From positions 5,767-69,766 of the forward strand of contig JAIOXV010000001.1 of the NCBI GenBank assembly GCA_021741465.1: a DNA stretch of 64,000 bases, written 5' to 3'. Below, piece after piece: positions 19,660 through 29,196 of the stretch. A program made the position numbers and the translations under genes. Source of the stretch: Paracoccaceae bacterium. GTDB lineage: Bacteria > Pseudomonadota > Alphaproteobacteria > Rhodobacterales > Rhodobacteraceae. Below the pieces are notes generated by a model, which was not told where the DNA came from, searched no databases, and saw only the letters and a program-made list of their open reading frames with translations. The first letter of the stretch is position 1; every line of letters begins with the position of its first letter.

Positions 19660-22104
19660 TTAGGCCTTGATGCGTTCCATTTTCGGGTCGAACAACGGGG
19701 CAAGCGTGACTTCCGCCGGAACCCGGATCGTCGCGACCTCAAGCTCGTATTTGCCCGACAGGACAAAATCGGTGGTCACGCCTTCAGGATTGCGGACATA
19801 GCCCAGGCCGATCGCCTTGTTGATCGAATGCCCGAAGCCGCCCGAACTCAACCACCCCACACGTTTGCCGTCGCGGTAAATGGTCTCGCGGCCGTTCAAG
19901 ATCACGTCAGGCGCTGTGGTGAAGGTAGCCATCATTTTCTTCACCCCGTTGGCACGCTGCGCGGCCACGGCATCGCGGCCCTTGAAGGGGATGTTCTTCT
20001 TCATCTTCACAGCCCAACCCAGGCCTGCTTCGTCCGGGGTATGGTCAGGGCCGATATCGGCCGACCAGGCGCGATAGCCTTTTTCAAGCCGCATCGTCTC
20101 GATCGCCCGATATCCAGCATTGCAAAGCCCATGCGCCGCACCCGCCTCATGCAGGGCCGCATAGATTCCGGTCGCGTATTCTACCGGGAAATGCAATTCC
20201 CAGCCGAGTTCGCCCACATAGGTGACGCGCACTGCCAGCACCGGACATCCGGCAATGCCGATGGTCTTGGCAGTGCCAAAGGGGAAGGCCGCATTCGACA
20301 CATCGGCGCGAGTGACCGCCTGCAGCACATCGCGGGCCTTCGGCCCCATCAAGGCAAGCACCGTGTTGGCAGAGGTAATGTCGAAAAGCTGGGCATTGGC
20401 CCCTGCGGGAATATTTCTCGATATCCAGTCAAAGTCGCGGGTGGCAAAGCCGGTGCCGGTCACGATGTAATATTCATCCCGCGCTTTGCGCACGACAGTC
20501 ACATCGGCCTCGATGCCGCCACGGTCGTTCAGCAACTGGGTGTAAATCAGACTGCCGACAGGCTTTGCCACATCATTGGCCGCGATCCATGACAGAGCTG
20601 CTTCTGCATCCGGCCCTTTCAGGGAGAACTTGGCAAAAGAGGTCTGGTCAAACAGCGCCACCCCATCACGGCAGGCCTTGTGCTCGCGTCCGACAGCCGC
20701 ATGCCAATTCGGCCGCTGAAAGGTGTAGATGTCTTCCTGCACTTCGCCCAAGCTGGGATCAGCAAACCAGTTGGGGCGTTCCCAACCCAGCTTTTCCCCG
20801 AAAACCGCGCCGTCGGACTTCAAATACTCATAAAGCGGTGACTTGCGGCAAGGGCGGCCCGAGTGATGCTCTTCGCTGGGCCAAGCCATGGTATAATGCT
20901 TGCCATAGGCTTCGTAAGTACGTTTGCGGATCCAGTCGGTGTCAAAATGCGGACGGCCGAAGCGCCGGATGTCCGCAGGCCACAGATCGAACGGTGTTTC
21001 GCCCTTGGCCACCCATTCCGCCAGACACATGCCAGCACCACCGCCCGAGGCGATACCAAACGCGTTGAAACCGGCACCAACGAAAAGGTTACGCTGTTCG
21101 GGCGCTTCGCCCAAAATGAACATCCCGTCGGGCGTAAAGCTTTCGGGCCCGTTGATCATTTGCTTCACACCCACGTTGTTCAGCGCAGGCACCCGGCCAA
21201 GTGCCTGTTCCATCAACGGCGTGAAATGGTCGAAATCATTGTCCAGAAGCGAGTAATGAAAACCGGGCGGCAGACTGCCATCGCGCCAAAGCTTCGGGTT
21301 GGGTTCATAGCCGCCCATGACAAGGCCCCCCACGTCTTCTTTCCAATAGGTCAGACGATCGGGATCGCGCAGCGTCGGCAGGTTCGAGGCAACACCTTCG
21401 ATCCGTTCCGTGACGATGTATTGATGTTCAACAGGCACCAAAGGCACATTGACACCATGGGCGGCACAGAAGGGCCGCGTCCACATTCCGGCACAGACCA
21501 CGACCTTTTCACAGTCAATTCGGCCTCCCTCGACGATGACGCCCTTGATGACGCCCTCTTGAATGTCGACCGACAGCACTTTGGTGTCTTCGAAAATTTG
21601 CGCCCCGGCCATGCGCGCGCCCTTGGCAAGCGAAAGGGTGATATCAGAGGGGTTGGCCTGACCATCCGTCGGCAGAAAAGCAGCTCCCACCACATCGCCA
21701 ATATCCATCAGCGGCCACAGATCCTGCGCTTCTTTTGGGGTCAAAAGCTGCATATCAAGGCCAAAGCTATGCGCCGTTGTCGCCTGCCGTTTCACCTCGG
21801 TCCAGCGTTCCTCGGTGCAGGCCAGCCGCATGCCGCCATTCATCTTCCAGCCGGTTGCCTGGCCGGTTTCCGCCTCAAGCTTGCGATAAAGATCGATGGA
21901 ATACCCCAAAAGCTGGGTGACATTGGCGTTGCTGCGCAATTGGCCAACAAGGCCCGCCGCGTGGAACGTTGTGCCCGAGGTCAGCTTCTTGCGTTCAAGA
22001 AGCACGACTTCGACGCCCATCTTTGCCAGATGGTAGGCCGTCGAGCAGCCAATGATGCCACCACCGATGATCACGACTTTAGAGGAAGAGGGAAGTCCAG
22101 ACAT
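19660..22104 (-). CDS. GcvT-family FAD-dependent amine oxidoreductase (dimethylglycine/sarcosine dehydrogenase family)
   Basis: GGGIIG Rossmann motif, SGTTFHAAG (flavinylated His), NGPESFTPD, GWERPNW, YVGELGWE, RLEKGYR. Confidence 0.92.
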   Translation of the reverse strand: MSGLPSSSKVVIIGGGIIGCSTAYHLAKMGVEVVLLERKKLTSGTTFHAAGLVGQLRSNANVTQLLGYSIDLYRKLEAETGQATGWKMNGGMRLACTEERWTEVKRQATTAHSFGLDMQLLTPKEAQDLWPLMDIGDVVGAAFLPTDGQANPSDITLSLAKGARMAGAQIFEDTKVLSVDIQEGVIKGVIVEGGRIDCEKVVVCAGMWTRPFCAAHGVNVPLVPVEHQYIVTERIEGVASNLPTLRDPDRLTYWKEDVGGLVMGGYEPNPKLWRDGSLPPGFHYSLLDNDFDHFTPLMEQALGRVPALNNVGVKQMINGPESFTPDGMFILGEAPEQRNLFVGAGFNAFGIASGGGAGMCLAEWVAKGETPFDLWPADIRRFGRPHFDTDWIRKRTYEAYGKHYTMAWPSEEHHSGRPCRKSPLYEYLKSDGAVFGEKLGWERPNWFADPSLGEVQEDIYTFQRPNWHAAVGREHKACRDGVALFDQTSFAKFSLKGPDAEAALSWIAANDVAKPVGSLIYTQLLNDRGGIEADVTVVRKARDEYYIVTGTGFATRDFDWISRNIPAGANAQLFDITSANTVLALMGPKARDVLQAVTRADVSNAAFPFGTAKTIGIAGCPVLAVRVTYVGELGWELHFPVEYATGIYAALHEAGAAHGLCNAGYRAIETMRLEKGYRAWSADIGPDHTPDEAGLGWAVKMKKNIPFKGRDAVAAQRANGVKKMMATFTTAPDVILNGRETIYRDGKRVGWLSSGGFGHSINKAIGLGYVRNPEGVTTDFVLSGKYELEVATIRVPAEVTLAPLFDPKMERIKA

Positions 22105-22113
22105 GTTCAGTCC

Positions 22114-22965
22114 TTACAGGTTTTGGAATTCTTGATACGCGGTCCGAAACGCGACCAAGTTTTCGGCGGTGTAGGTGGCGTAATCGAAGTCGATGGCAGA
22201 CGTAATTTCGCTGACCATGCTCCACAGCGTTTCGCGCAAAAGATCATCTGTCACAGGCCGGTCAAAATAGCTCTCCAAGAGCAGGTGTTCTTCGCTGGCC
22301 GTGAACCCATTGTTTGACGCGATACCGCCCAGATCAAACAACGGGTTGCCGAAACCCGCGTATTCCCAATCGATAAGCCACATCTTGCTGGAACCGATCA
22401 GGATATTACCGGGCAGAAGATCATTGTGGCACAGCACCACATCGCTTGGGCCAATTGCCTTAGACAAGATATCGGCCTTGACCAAAAGCCCTTCTAATTC
22501 AGATGCATAGACAGACCCACGGTCTTTCAAAAGCCGGGCATAGTCGCGCAGAATATGAAAGACCCAAAAACACAGGACCGGGCCTTGCAGTTCGTTCATC
22601 ACATCGGTGTGGACCCGCCTGACCAGCCCGGCCAATGCTGGCACCATTGCAGGATCACCCCGATCCGCCGCGATGAGCGGGCGCGCCTCAACAAAGTCAA
22701 GCACGACAAGACCCGGCTCGGCAAGGCGCACTGCGGGGCCAAGACCGGCGCGTTCCGCCGCCCGCGAAACGGCAAGTTCGTTCCAGCGCAACACGCCGTG
22801 TTCAACAATGTCAGCGCCGAAGCGAACCACGAAGCGCTGTCCCTGATCTTCGACCAGAACATTGTGGTTGGTCTTTCCACCATCCAGCAGCTCAACCCGG
22901 GTCGGCGCGTGAAAGCAGGCAAGCTGGGCTGCGCGCGCAATAAGAATCTCTGTTGCCTCAGACAT
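22114..22965 (-). CDS. Choline/ethanolamine kinase-like phosphotransferase
   Basis: GGKTNHN, Brenner motif CHNDLLPGNIL, LIDWEYAG; ATG 22965 overlaps the permease stop. Confidence 0.88.
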   Translation of the reverse strand: MSEATEILIARAAQLACFHAPTRVELLDGGKTNHNVLVEDQGQRFVVRFGADIVEHGVLRWNELAVSRAAERAGLGPAVRLAEPGLVVLDFVEARPLIAADRGDPAMVPALAGLVRRVHTDVMNELQGPVLCFWVFHILRDYARLLKDRGSVYASELEGLLVKADILSKAIGPSDVVLCHNDLLPGNILIGSSKMWLIDWEYAGFGNPLFDLGGIASNNGFTASEEHLLLESYFDRPVTDDLLRETLWSMVSEITSAIDFDYATYTAENLVAFRTAYQEFQNL

Positions 22966-24946
22966 CTGACACCCCCGTCGTCGACCGCCCCTTGACGGCG
23001 GCATTGGTCAGCCGATCGCTCATGATCGCAATGAAGGCAACCGCAAGGCCCGCAACGATGCCCTTGCCCGCATTGGCCTTGGTCAGCGCGATGTAAACCT
23101 CTTGGCCAAGGTCGCGCGTGCCAACAAGCGCCGTGATGACCAACATCGACAAAGCGAACATGATGGTCTGGTTCAGGCCGAGAAGGATCGTGGGCATCGC
23201 CTGTGGCAGTTTGATCTTCCAGATCAACTGCCGTGGCGTGCAGCCCGAAACGATACCAGCTTCGACGATCTGGCTGTCCACACCCCGGATCCCCACGGCG
23301 GCATAACGAATGGCCGGCACGACGGCATACATGACAACCGCAATCATTGCCGAAAAATCCCCCACCCTGAACAACATCACGACAGGGATCAGATACACAA
23401 AGGTTGGCAAGGTTTGCAGCGTATCGATGACCCATGTCAGCACGGTATGCGCCCGCTCATTCTGACCGGCCAGAATGCCCAGAGGCACCCCGATCAACAT
23501 CGCAATCACAACCGAAACGCCACAAAGATAGAGCGTGATCATTGCCTGCGGCCAAAGACCCGACGTGGCGATGAAGGCGGCAAAGACAAGCCCCATCACC
23601 CCCAGCCGCCACCCGCCGATCCAAGCCGGGATCACAAACGATAATACCAGCCCCCAAGCCCATGGAATGCCCAACAAGAACACCTTCACCGGCACCAGAA
23701 CATACACCAGAACTGCAACTTTCACGGCTTCGATCTGGTCATAAAGGTTCACGTTGATCCACGACACCACCGCCGCCCAAAAGCCCCCGGTGCTGAGCTG
23801 TAACTCGGCGGGAAAGGCTGCAAGCGCTGGAATGAGCTTGGCCAGCGGATAGCTTGCAACAACAATCGCCAGATAGGCAAAAAAGGTACGATTGCGCCGC
23901 ATCCAGGATCCAACCGCTGGCTCTGTCGGGCCTTGGGTCGCAAGCGCCTGGCTTAGCCTGTCCAGCGCGATTGCCAAAAAGACAATGCCAAAGCCGGCTT
24001 CCACGCCGCGGCCGACATCCAGTTTGCGCAATGCGGTCAGAACATCATAGCCAAGCCCACCCGCGCCGATCATAGATGCAATAATCACCATGTTCAGCGT
24101 CAACATGATAACCTGATTGACGCCAACCATCACCATCGTGCGGGCAGCAGGCAACTGCACCTTCCACAAAAGCTGGCGCGGCGTGCAGCCTGCCATTTTG
24201 CCGGCCTCGACAATTTCAGGCGACACCGCTTGAAGGCCGCGTGTGGTGATCCGCACCATTGGCGGCATCGCATAGATCATCGTGGCCACAAGAGCCGAGG
24301 TCGGCCCGAACCCGAACAAGAACAAGATGGGCACAAGATAGGCAAAAACCGGAACCGTCTGCATCAGGTCCAGAAACGGGCGCAGCGCCAGTTCCACCCA
24401 CCGCAGCTTGAACGCGGCGATGCCCAAAAAGACCCCCCCAGCAACGCCAAGCGGCACAGCAACAGCAACAGACACCAGCGTCACCATTGCCGATTGCCAC
24501 AGCCCAAACAGCAAGAGATAGGCAAAACTCGCAACCACGATGGCCGCCAGTTTGGGTCCGCCCAAGCGATAGGCCAGAACGCCAAAGCCAAGGATGATCG
24601 GCAACCACCCCATGGGCTGCAAGATCGGAATGGCCGTTTGTCCTTGGCCAATCGCGAAACCGTTCACGATCAGGTCACGCAGAACCGCATAGGGGGCCTC
24701 GACGGTGGCCGAAATCAAACGCGTGATATCGCGAAACTGAAAAGACCCAAGTGCGGCATCTTCAAGCAGCCATTTCAAGGCGGCAGATAAAAACCGGTCA
24801 AGGTTCAACTGCAGCCCTTGCGGGTATTTCGCCAGCCAGGTCCAGCCTGTCAGCTGCACAAGCGCCTTGGAAGAAACCGACAAGCCAATGGTTATGGCAA
24901 AGAGGCCAATCCAGAGCATCAGGCCATTCAGGCGCAGGCGTTTCAT
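22958..24946 (-). CDS. Betaine/proline-type ABC permease with two fused ProW-like domains
   Basis: Two repeats of QT.P.F.YL.P...EAG...GCTPRQL.WK..LP.A...G.NQ. Confidence 0.9.
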   Translation of the reverse strand: MKRLRLNGLMLWIGLFAITIGLSVSSKALVQLTGWTWLAKYPQGLQLNLDRFLSAALKWLLEDAALGSFQFRDITRLISATVEAPYAVLRDLIVNGFAIGQGQTAIPILQPMGWLPIILGFGVLAYRLGGPKLAAIVVASFAYLLLFGLWQSAMVTLVSVAVAVPLGVAGGVFLGIAAFKLRWVELALRPFLDLMQTVPVFAYLVPILFLFGFGPTSALVATMIYAMPPMVRITTRGLQAVSPEIVEAGKMAGCTPRQLLWKVQLPAARTMVMVGVNQVIMLTLNMVIIASMIGAGGLGYDVLTALRKLDVGRGVEAGFGIVFLAIALDRLSQALATQGPTEPAVGSWMRRNRTFFAYLAIVVASYPLAKLIPALAAFPAELQLSTGGFWAAVVSWINVNLYDQIEAVKVAVLVYVLVPVKVFLLGIPWAWGLVLSFVIPAWIGGWRLGVMGLVFAAFIATSGLWPQAMITLYLCGVSVVIAMLIGVPLGILAGQNERAHTVLTWVIDTLQTLPTFVYLIPVVMLFRVGDFSAMIAVVMYAVVPAIRYAAVGIRGVDSQIVEAGIVSGCTPRQLIWKIKLPQAMPTILLGLNQTIMFALSMLVITALVGTRDLGQEVYIALTKANAGKGIVAGLAVAFIAIMSDRLTNAAVKGRSTTGVSDV

Positions 24947-25995
24947 GGCGCAAGGTCCCGGCCGATCAAGATATCGATGATGATACGGCCATCCACCTCG
25001 CCCACGGCGATGCCTGCGTCATCAAGTACGCGGAACGGCTTCGCAGCCGCTTCGATCTGATCAGCAACATCGGCAATGCGCGAACTGGCCGCCAAATCAC
25101 CCGCGAATTCCGCAGATTGCAGGTGGCGGGCAACCGTTCCAAGCCGAACGACCTTTGCCTTGGGAATATGGCGGGTGAATTCCGCGACATATTCCGTGGC
25201 TGGGCGCAGTACCAATTCTTCGGGCGTGGCCGTCTGCACAATTACGCCGTCCTGCATCACGGCAATATGGTCAGCCAAACGGATGGCTTCGTCGAAATCA
25301 TGGGTGATGAAGACGATGGTCTTTTGCAGACGCGCCTGCAATCGCAAGAATTCGTCCTGCATCTCGCGGCGGATAAGCGGGTCCAGCGCGGAAAACGGTT
25401 CATCCAGAAACCACAAATCCGGCTCTACCACCAGCGAACGCGCGATGCCAACGCGTTGCTGCTGCCCACCAGAAAGCTGATGCGGGTAACGGTTCTCGCG
25501 GCCCTGAAGCCCCACCAGCTCAATCACCTGCATCGCCCGCTCGATCCGGGTCTTGCGATCAACACCCTGCACTTCCAGCGGGAAAGCCGCGTTTTCTAAT
25601 ACGGTCAGATGCGGCAAAAGGGCAAAGTGCTGAAAGACCATACCCAGCTTGTGACGCCGCAACTCGATCAATTCCTGATCCGACATCTTCAAAAGGTCGC
25701 GGCCTTCAAAGCGGATTTCGCCTGCGCTCGGCTCGATCAACCGCGACAGGCAGCGCACCAGCGTGGATTTGCCTGAACCTGAAAGCCCCATGATCACAAA
25801 GATTTCGCCCTTGCGGACCGTGACATCAGCCTGACGAACCGCAGTAACAATATTGGCCTGCCGCAGCGCCTCGGCCGTCGGCACACCATCGTGCCTTTGC
25901 AGATAGGTGTCGGAATTGGCGCCATACAGCTTCCATACATTCCGACATTCAAGGATGATCGGGCGTTCCATGAGGACCAATTTTTTGGGGGTCAT
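24943..25995 (-). CDS. Betaine/proline-type ABC ATPase (ProV-like)
   Basis: GLSGSGKST, LSGGQQQR, DEPFSALDPLIRREMQ. Start is 25995 or 25971. Confidence 0.92.
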   Translation of the reverse strand: MTPKKLVLMERPIILECRNVWKLYGANSDTYLQRHDGVPTAEALRQANIVTAVRQADVTVRKGEIFVIMGLSGSGKSTLVRCLSRLIEPSAGEIRFEGRDLLKMSDQELIELRRHKLGMVFQHFALLPHLTVLENAAFPLEVQGVDRKTRIERAMQVIELVGLQGRENRYPHQLSGGQQQRVGIARSLVVEPDLWFLDEPFSALDPLIRREMQDEFLRLQARLQKTIVFITHDFDEAIRLADHIAVMQDGVIVQTATPEELVLRPATEYVAEFTRHIPKAKVVRLGTVARHLQSAEFAGDLAASSRIADVADQIEAAAKPFRVLDDAGIAVGEVDGRIIIDILIGRDLAP

Positions 25996-26004
25996 TGGGC
26001 AATT

Positions 26005-26028
26005 GTGGCCCCGGCTGTCCGGGGCCAC
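26005..26028 (-). terminator. Stem-loop after the SBP gene (mRNA stabiliser or partial terminator)
   Basis: GTGGCCCCGG-CTGT-CCGGGGCCAC, a 10-bp perfect stem. Confidence 0.55.
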
Positions 26029-26040
26029 GAACGGCAAGGC

Positions 26041-26988
26041 TTAGTTCAACCAAGCCTGCCAGGTGCTTTCGTTTGCAGCCATCCATGCCGCCGCAACCGA
26101 GGGGATGTCTTTGCCGTCAACGTCGGATTCATAGACCATCTTGCCCATGTCGTCGTTCGACACCGTGAAGGCACGGATGATCTTGGCGGCACCGGGCCAC
26201 TTCTGTTCAAGACCAACCCAACCCGCTTTCCAGATCGGGCCCTGCGGCTTGCCGCAGTCATAGGCCATATCCTTGTTTTCACCCCAAGCCGGATCGCTGT
26301 AGCAGGCCGGGTCATAGGCCGGGAATTCAACGAATTTGCCTTCGTATTTTGCAGGTGCCCAATGCGGCTGATAGATCCACAGCAGGATCGGATCCTTGCG
26401 TTCATAGGCAGCCTGCAGTTCTGCGAACAAAGCCGCATCCGTACCGGCGTGAACAACATCGAAGGGCAGGCCCAAGGCTTGGATGCGCTCTTCGTCATAG
26501 CCGCCCCAAGTCACGGGGCCGCCCAGATAGCGGCCGTTCGGTGCCGTTTCGGGCGACGAAAAGGCGTCGGCGCAATTCAACAAAGCGTGCCAGTCCGGCA
26601 AGCCGGGGCAAGCTTCTTCCATGTAGCTGGGGTACCACCACTCTTCGCGCGCAACCATGCCGGTTTCGCCAAAGTTCACCACATTCCCGGAAGCAACGGC
26701 TTCGTCCAAGGCATCTTGGCCCGTCGTGGCCCAGATCTCCATCGCAAGATCCAGATCGCCGGTTTTCAGACCCGCGAACTGCGCCAAATAGTCGGCCTGA
26801 ATAAGCTCTACGTTATAGCCGGCCTTTTTCAGCACCTCGCCCATGATCGTCGCGCTGATCACATCGCCCGACCAGTCATGCGTCGTAATCTTGATCGGAT
26901 CCTGACTTTCCACATCGGCAAAACCCGCCCCGGCCGAGATCGCCAGAGACAGCGTCAGCGCTGCTGAAGCAAACAGTGTCTTCTTCAT
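26041..26988 (-). CDS. Betaine-type ABC substrate-binding protein (ProX/TmoX-like)
   Basis: Signal peptide, HDWSG, MEIW, EEWWYP, CPGLPDW, WIYQPHW. Confidence 0.9.
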   Translation of the reverse strand: MKKTLFASAALTLSLAISAGAGFADVESQDPIKITTHDWSGDVISATIMGEVLKKAGYNVELIQADYLAQFAGLKTGDLDLAMEIWATTGQDALDEAVASGNVVNFGETGMVAREEWWYPSYMEEACPGLPDWHALLNCADAFSSPETAPNGRYLGGPVTWGGYDEERIQALGLPFDVVHAGTDAALFAELQAAYERKDPILLWIYQPHWAPAKYEGKFVEFPAYDPACYSDPAWGENKDMAYDCGKPQGPIWKAGWVGLEQKWPGAAKIIRAFTVSNDDMGKMVYESDVDGKDIPSVAAAWMAANESTWQAWLN

Positions 26989-27050
26989 CGATTGACTCCC
27001 TGATTCTTGATTTATTGCGCCCAGAGATTCCCCGGTGCGGTGGCAAAGCC

Positions 27051-27127
27051 TAACACGGCTTCAACATATCGCAACACTTTCCCAACACAAACAAACAAAA
27101 GGCGTGATTATGTGTGGAATATTGTGC
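27051..27127. promoter_or_regulatory. Phased pentamer arrays in the divergent promoter (putative DeoR operators)
   Basis: TAACA, CAACA, CAACA, CAACA, AAACA at 27051, 27062, 27072, 27083, 27093; then opposite-orientation CGTGA, TGTGG, TGTGC at 27103, 27113, 27123. Confidence 0.55.
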
Positions 27128-27280
27128 GCCTTGCCGATAAGTTTGGCGATAACTGGGATGAAACCCGCAGCGAAAGACCGTGATTTCGCCTTAGGCAAGG
27201 CTCCGCCCGAAAGACGCGCGCTCGCGGGGCCTTAAGGGCGTGCAATCCGAGGGGAAATTGTCGCCAGAAGCGGCCCGGAC

Positions 27281-28075
27281 ATGACAAAGGATGCGGAAGT
27301 GACAGACCGAATTGACGCGATGCTGGCCAAGGCGATTGACGTAACCGTGGCGGCAAGCGCCATCCCGATGGCGTATTTTCGCAAACCTCTCGATCTGGTT
27401 GCCAAAGAAGATGACAGCCCCGTCACCATTGCTGATCGCAACACGGAAAGCTTCATCCGTGAAAGCCTTGCCGCGGCCTTTCCGGACGACGGTCTTTTCG
27501 GAGAAGAATTCGGTGTCGCCGAAGGGCGCAGCGGCGCACTTTGGATCATCGACCCGATAGATGGCACGCGTTCCTTTATCACAGGAAACCCCCTTTTTGG
27601 TATTCTGTTGGGGCGGGTGGCGGCAGGCGTGCCCGAGATTGGCGTGGTTCGCATGCCAGCCCTGAATGAAACCTTTGCCGGGGCCCGCGGCAAAGGGGCT
27701 GCGTTGAATGGCGTGCCGATCCGGGTTCGCAAGACAACCGATCTGTCGCAGGCCATGGTCTATGTGAATGAGGCCGAAAAGATCGAAGCCGCCGATCCGG
27801 CACGCTTTGCGCGGCTTTGTCGGATCGGCCACACGCGGCGGATGGCCTATGATTGCTATCCGCATGCGCTCGTGGCGGCGGGGCAGATAGATGTTGTCGT
27901 TGATTGTGGCCTGCAGCCCTATGACTACTTGCCGCTGATCGCTTTGGTCGAAGCAGCGGGCGGCGTCATTTGCGACTGGCAGGGCCAAAGCCTGACCCTG
28001 AACTCAGACGGCCGTGTGATTACCGCCGCAACGCCAGAGTTGCGCGATGCCATGGTCAAAATCCTGCAAGGCTAA
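27281..28075 (+). CDS. Inositol monophosphatase / HisN-family phosphatase
   Basis: SPVTIADR, GEEFG, WIIDPIDGTRSF, YD....ALVEAAGG..DWQG. Confidence 0.9.
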   Translation: MTKDAEVTDRIDAMLAKAIDVTVAASAIPMAYFRKPLDLVAKEDDSPVTIADRNTESFIRESLAAAFPDDGLFGEEFGVAEGRSGALWIIDPIDGTRSFITGNPLFGILLGRVAAGVPEIGVVRMPALNETFAGARGKGAALNGVPIRVRKTTDLSQAMVYVNEAEKIEAADPARFARLCRIGHTRRMAYDCYPHALVAAGQIDVVVDCGLQPYDYLPLIALVEAAGGVICDWQGQSLTLNSDGRVITAATPELRDAMVKILQG

Positions 28076-28279
28076 GGGGCGCGATACGCGGCAAGCCTAG
28101 CCACAGCCTCGCGTCTTCACCAACCAAGTCGCGGCCCTGCAGCCGTTCCTTCAAGCGGATATGGCCGCGATGCAGTCTTTGACAGGTTTGCAAGCTTCCC
28201 CCAACAGCCACATGCCCGAAATCCGGGGCGGATTTACGGGCAATCCCCCGGCAAAAGGTCTGGCCTGAATTGGCGGGCT

Positions 28280-29086
28280 TTATGCGGTGTGAAAGAACTT
28301 GTCCGCCGGCGAAAGCGTGAAAATCTCGCAGCCGGTCGCCGTTACACCGATGGAATGCTCAAACTGTGCCGACAAAGACTTGTCGCGGGTGACGGCAGTC
28401 CAGTCATCCGAAAGCGTCTTGGTTTCAGGGCGGCCCAAATTCACCATCGGCTCGATCGTGAAGAACATGCCCTCTTCCAAAACCGCGCCCTTGCCGGGGC
28501 GGCCATAGTGCAGCACGTTTGGCGGCGCGTGAAACACCCGGCCCAAACCATGGCCACAAAAATCGCGCACGACAGACATGCGATTGGCCTCGACATAGGC
28601 CTGAATGGCATAGCCGATGTCGCCAAACGTATTGCCCGGCTTTACCGCCTGAATGCCGCGCATCAGGCTTTCGTATGTCACCTCGATCAGACGCTCGGCT
28701 TTGCGCGGGGCAGCGCCTGCAACATACATGCGGCTGGTGTCGCCAAACCAGCCATCGACGATCACGGTCACATCGATGTTCAGAATATCGCCATCGGCCA
28801 GAACCTTGGTGCCCGGGATGCCGTGGCAGACCACATGGTTTACCGAAATGCAGCTTGCATGCTGATAGCCTTTATAGCCGATGGTGGCCGATACCACACC
28901 GCGTCGTCCGATTTCTTCACGGATGAAATCGTCAAGGGCGGCTGTCGACACGCCGGGCACAACCAGCGGGCACATCATGTCAAGAATTTCCGCGGCAACC
29001 CGGCCAGCCGCGCGCATACCTGCAAAATCGGCATCTTCATAGATGCGGATGCCATCCTTTGTGACGCGGCCTCGGGTTTCTTGCAC
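28280..29086 (-). CDS. map: Methionine aminopeptidase type I
   Basis: CISVNHVVCHGIP, DVTV, GDTSRM, GHGLG..FH, TIEPM, AQFEH. Confidence 0.96.
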   Translation of the reverse strand: MQETRGRVTKDGIRIYEDADFAGMRAAGRVAAEILDMMCPLVVPGVSTAALDDFIREEIGRRGVVSATIGYKGYQHASCISVNHVVCHGIPGTKVLADGDILNIDVTVIVDGWFGDTSRMYVAGAAPRKAERLIEVTYESLMRGIQAVKPGNTFGDIGYAIQAYVEANRMSVVRDFCGHGLGRVFHAPPNVLHYGRPGKGAVLEEGMFFTIEPMVNLGRPETKTLSDDWTAVTRDKSLSAQFEHSIGVTATGCEIFTLSPADKFFHTA

Positions 29087-29196
29087 AGTAAATCTCCAGC
29101 TTTCGGCCTAGATAAAACAACCGCCGCCGCATTGCCAGAGGGCTTTGCCTTGCCCGGCGCAGGGGGCTATACCCAGTATCAACGATGGAGACTGCC

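Noticed and set aside
20863-22317. 484-aa plus-strand ORF
   Set aside because: Antisense shadow of the GcvT-family gene with no motifs; expected in GC-rich DNA.
22958-24946. Internally duplicated ABC permease
   Set aside because: Fused double ProW-like permeases are common in this transporter class.
28076-28279. 200-bp spacer between the phosphatase gene and map as a possible sRNA or gene remnant
   Set aside because: No convincing ORF, terminator or repeat found.
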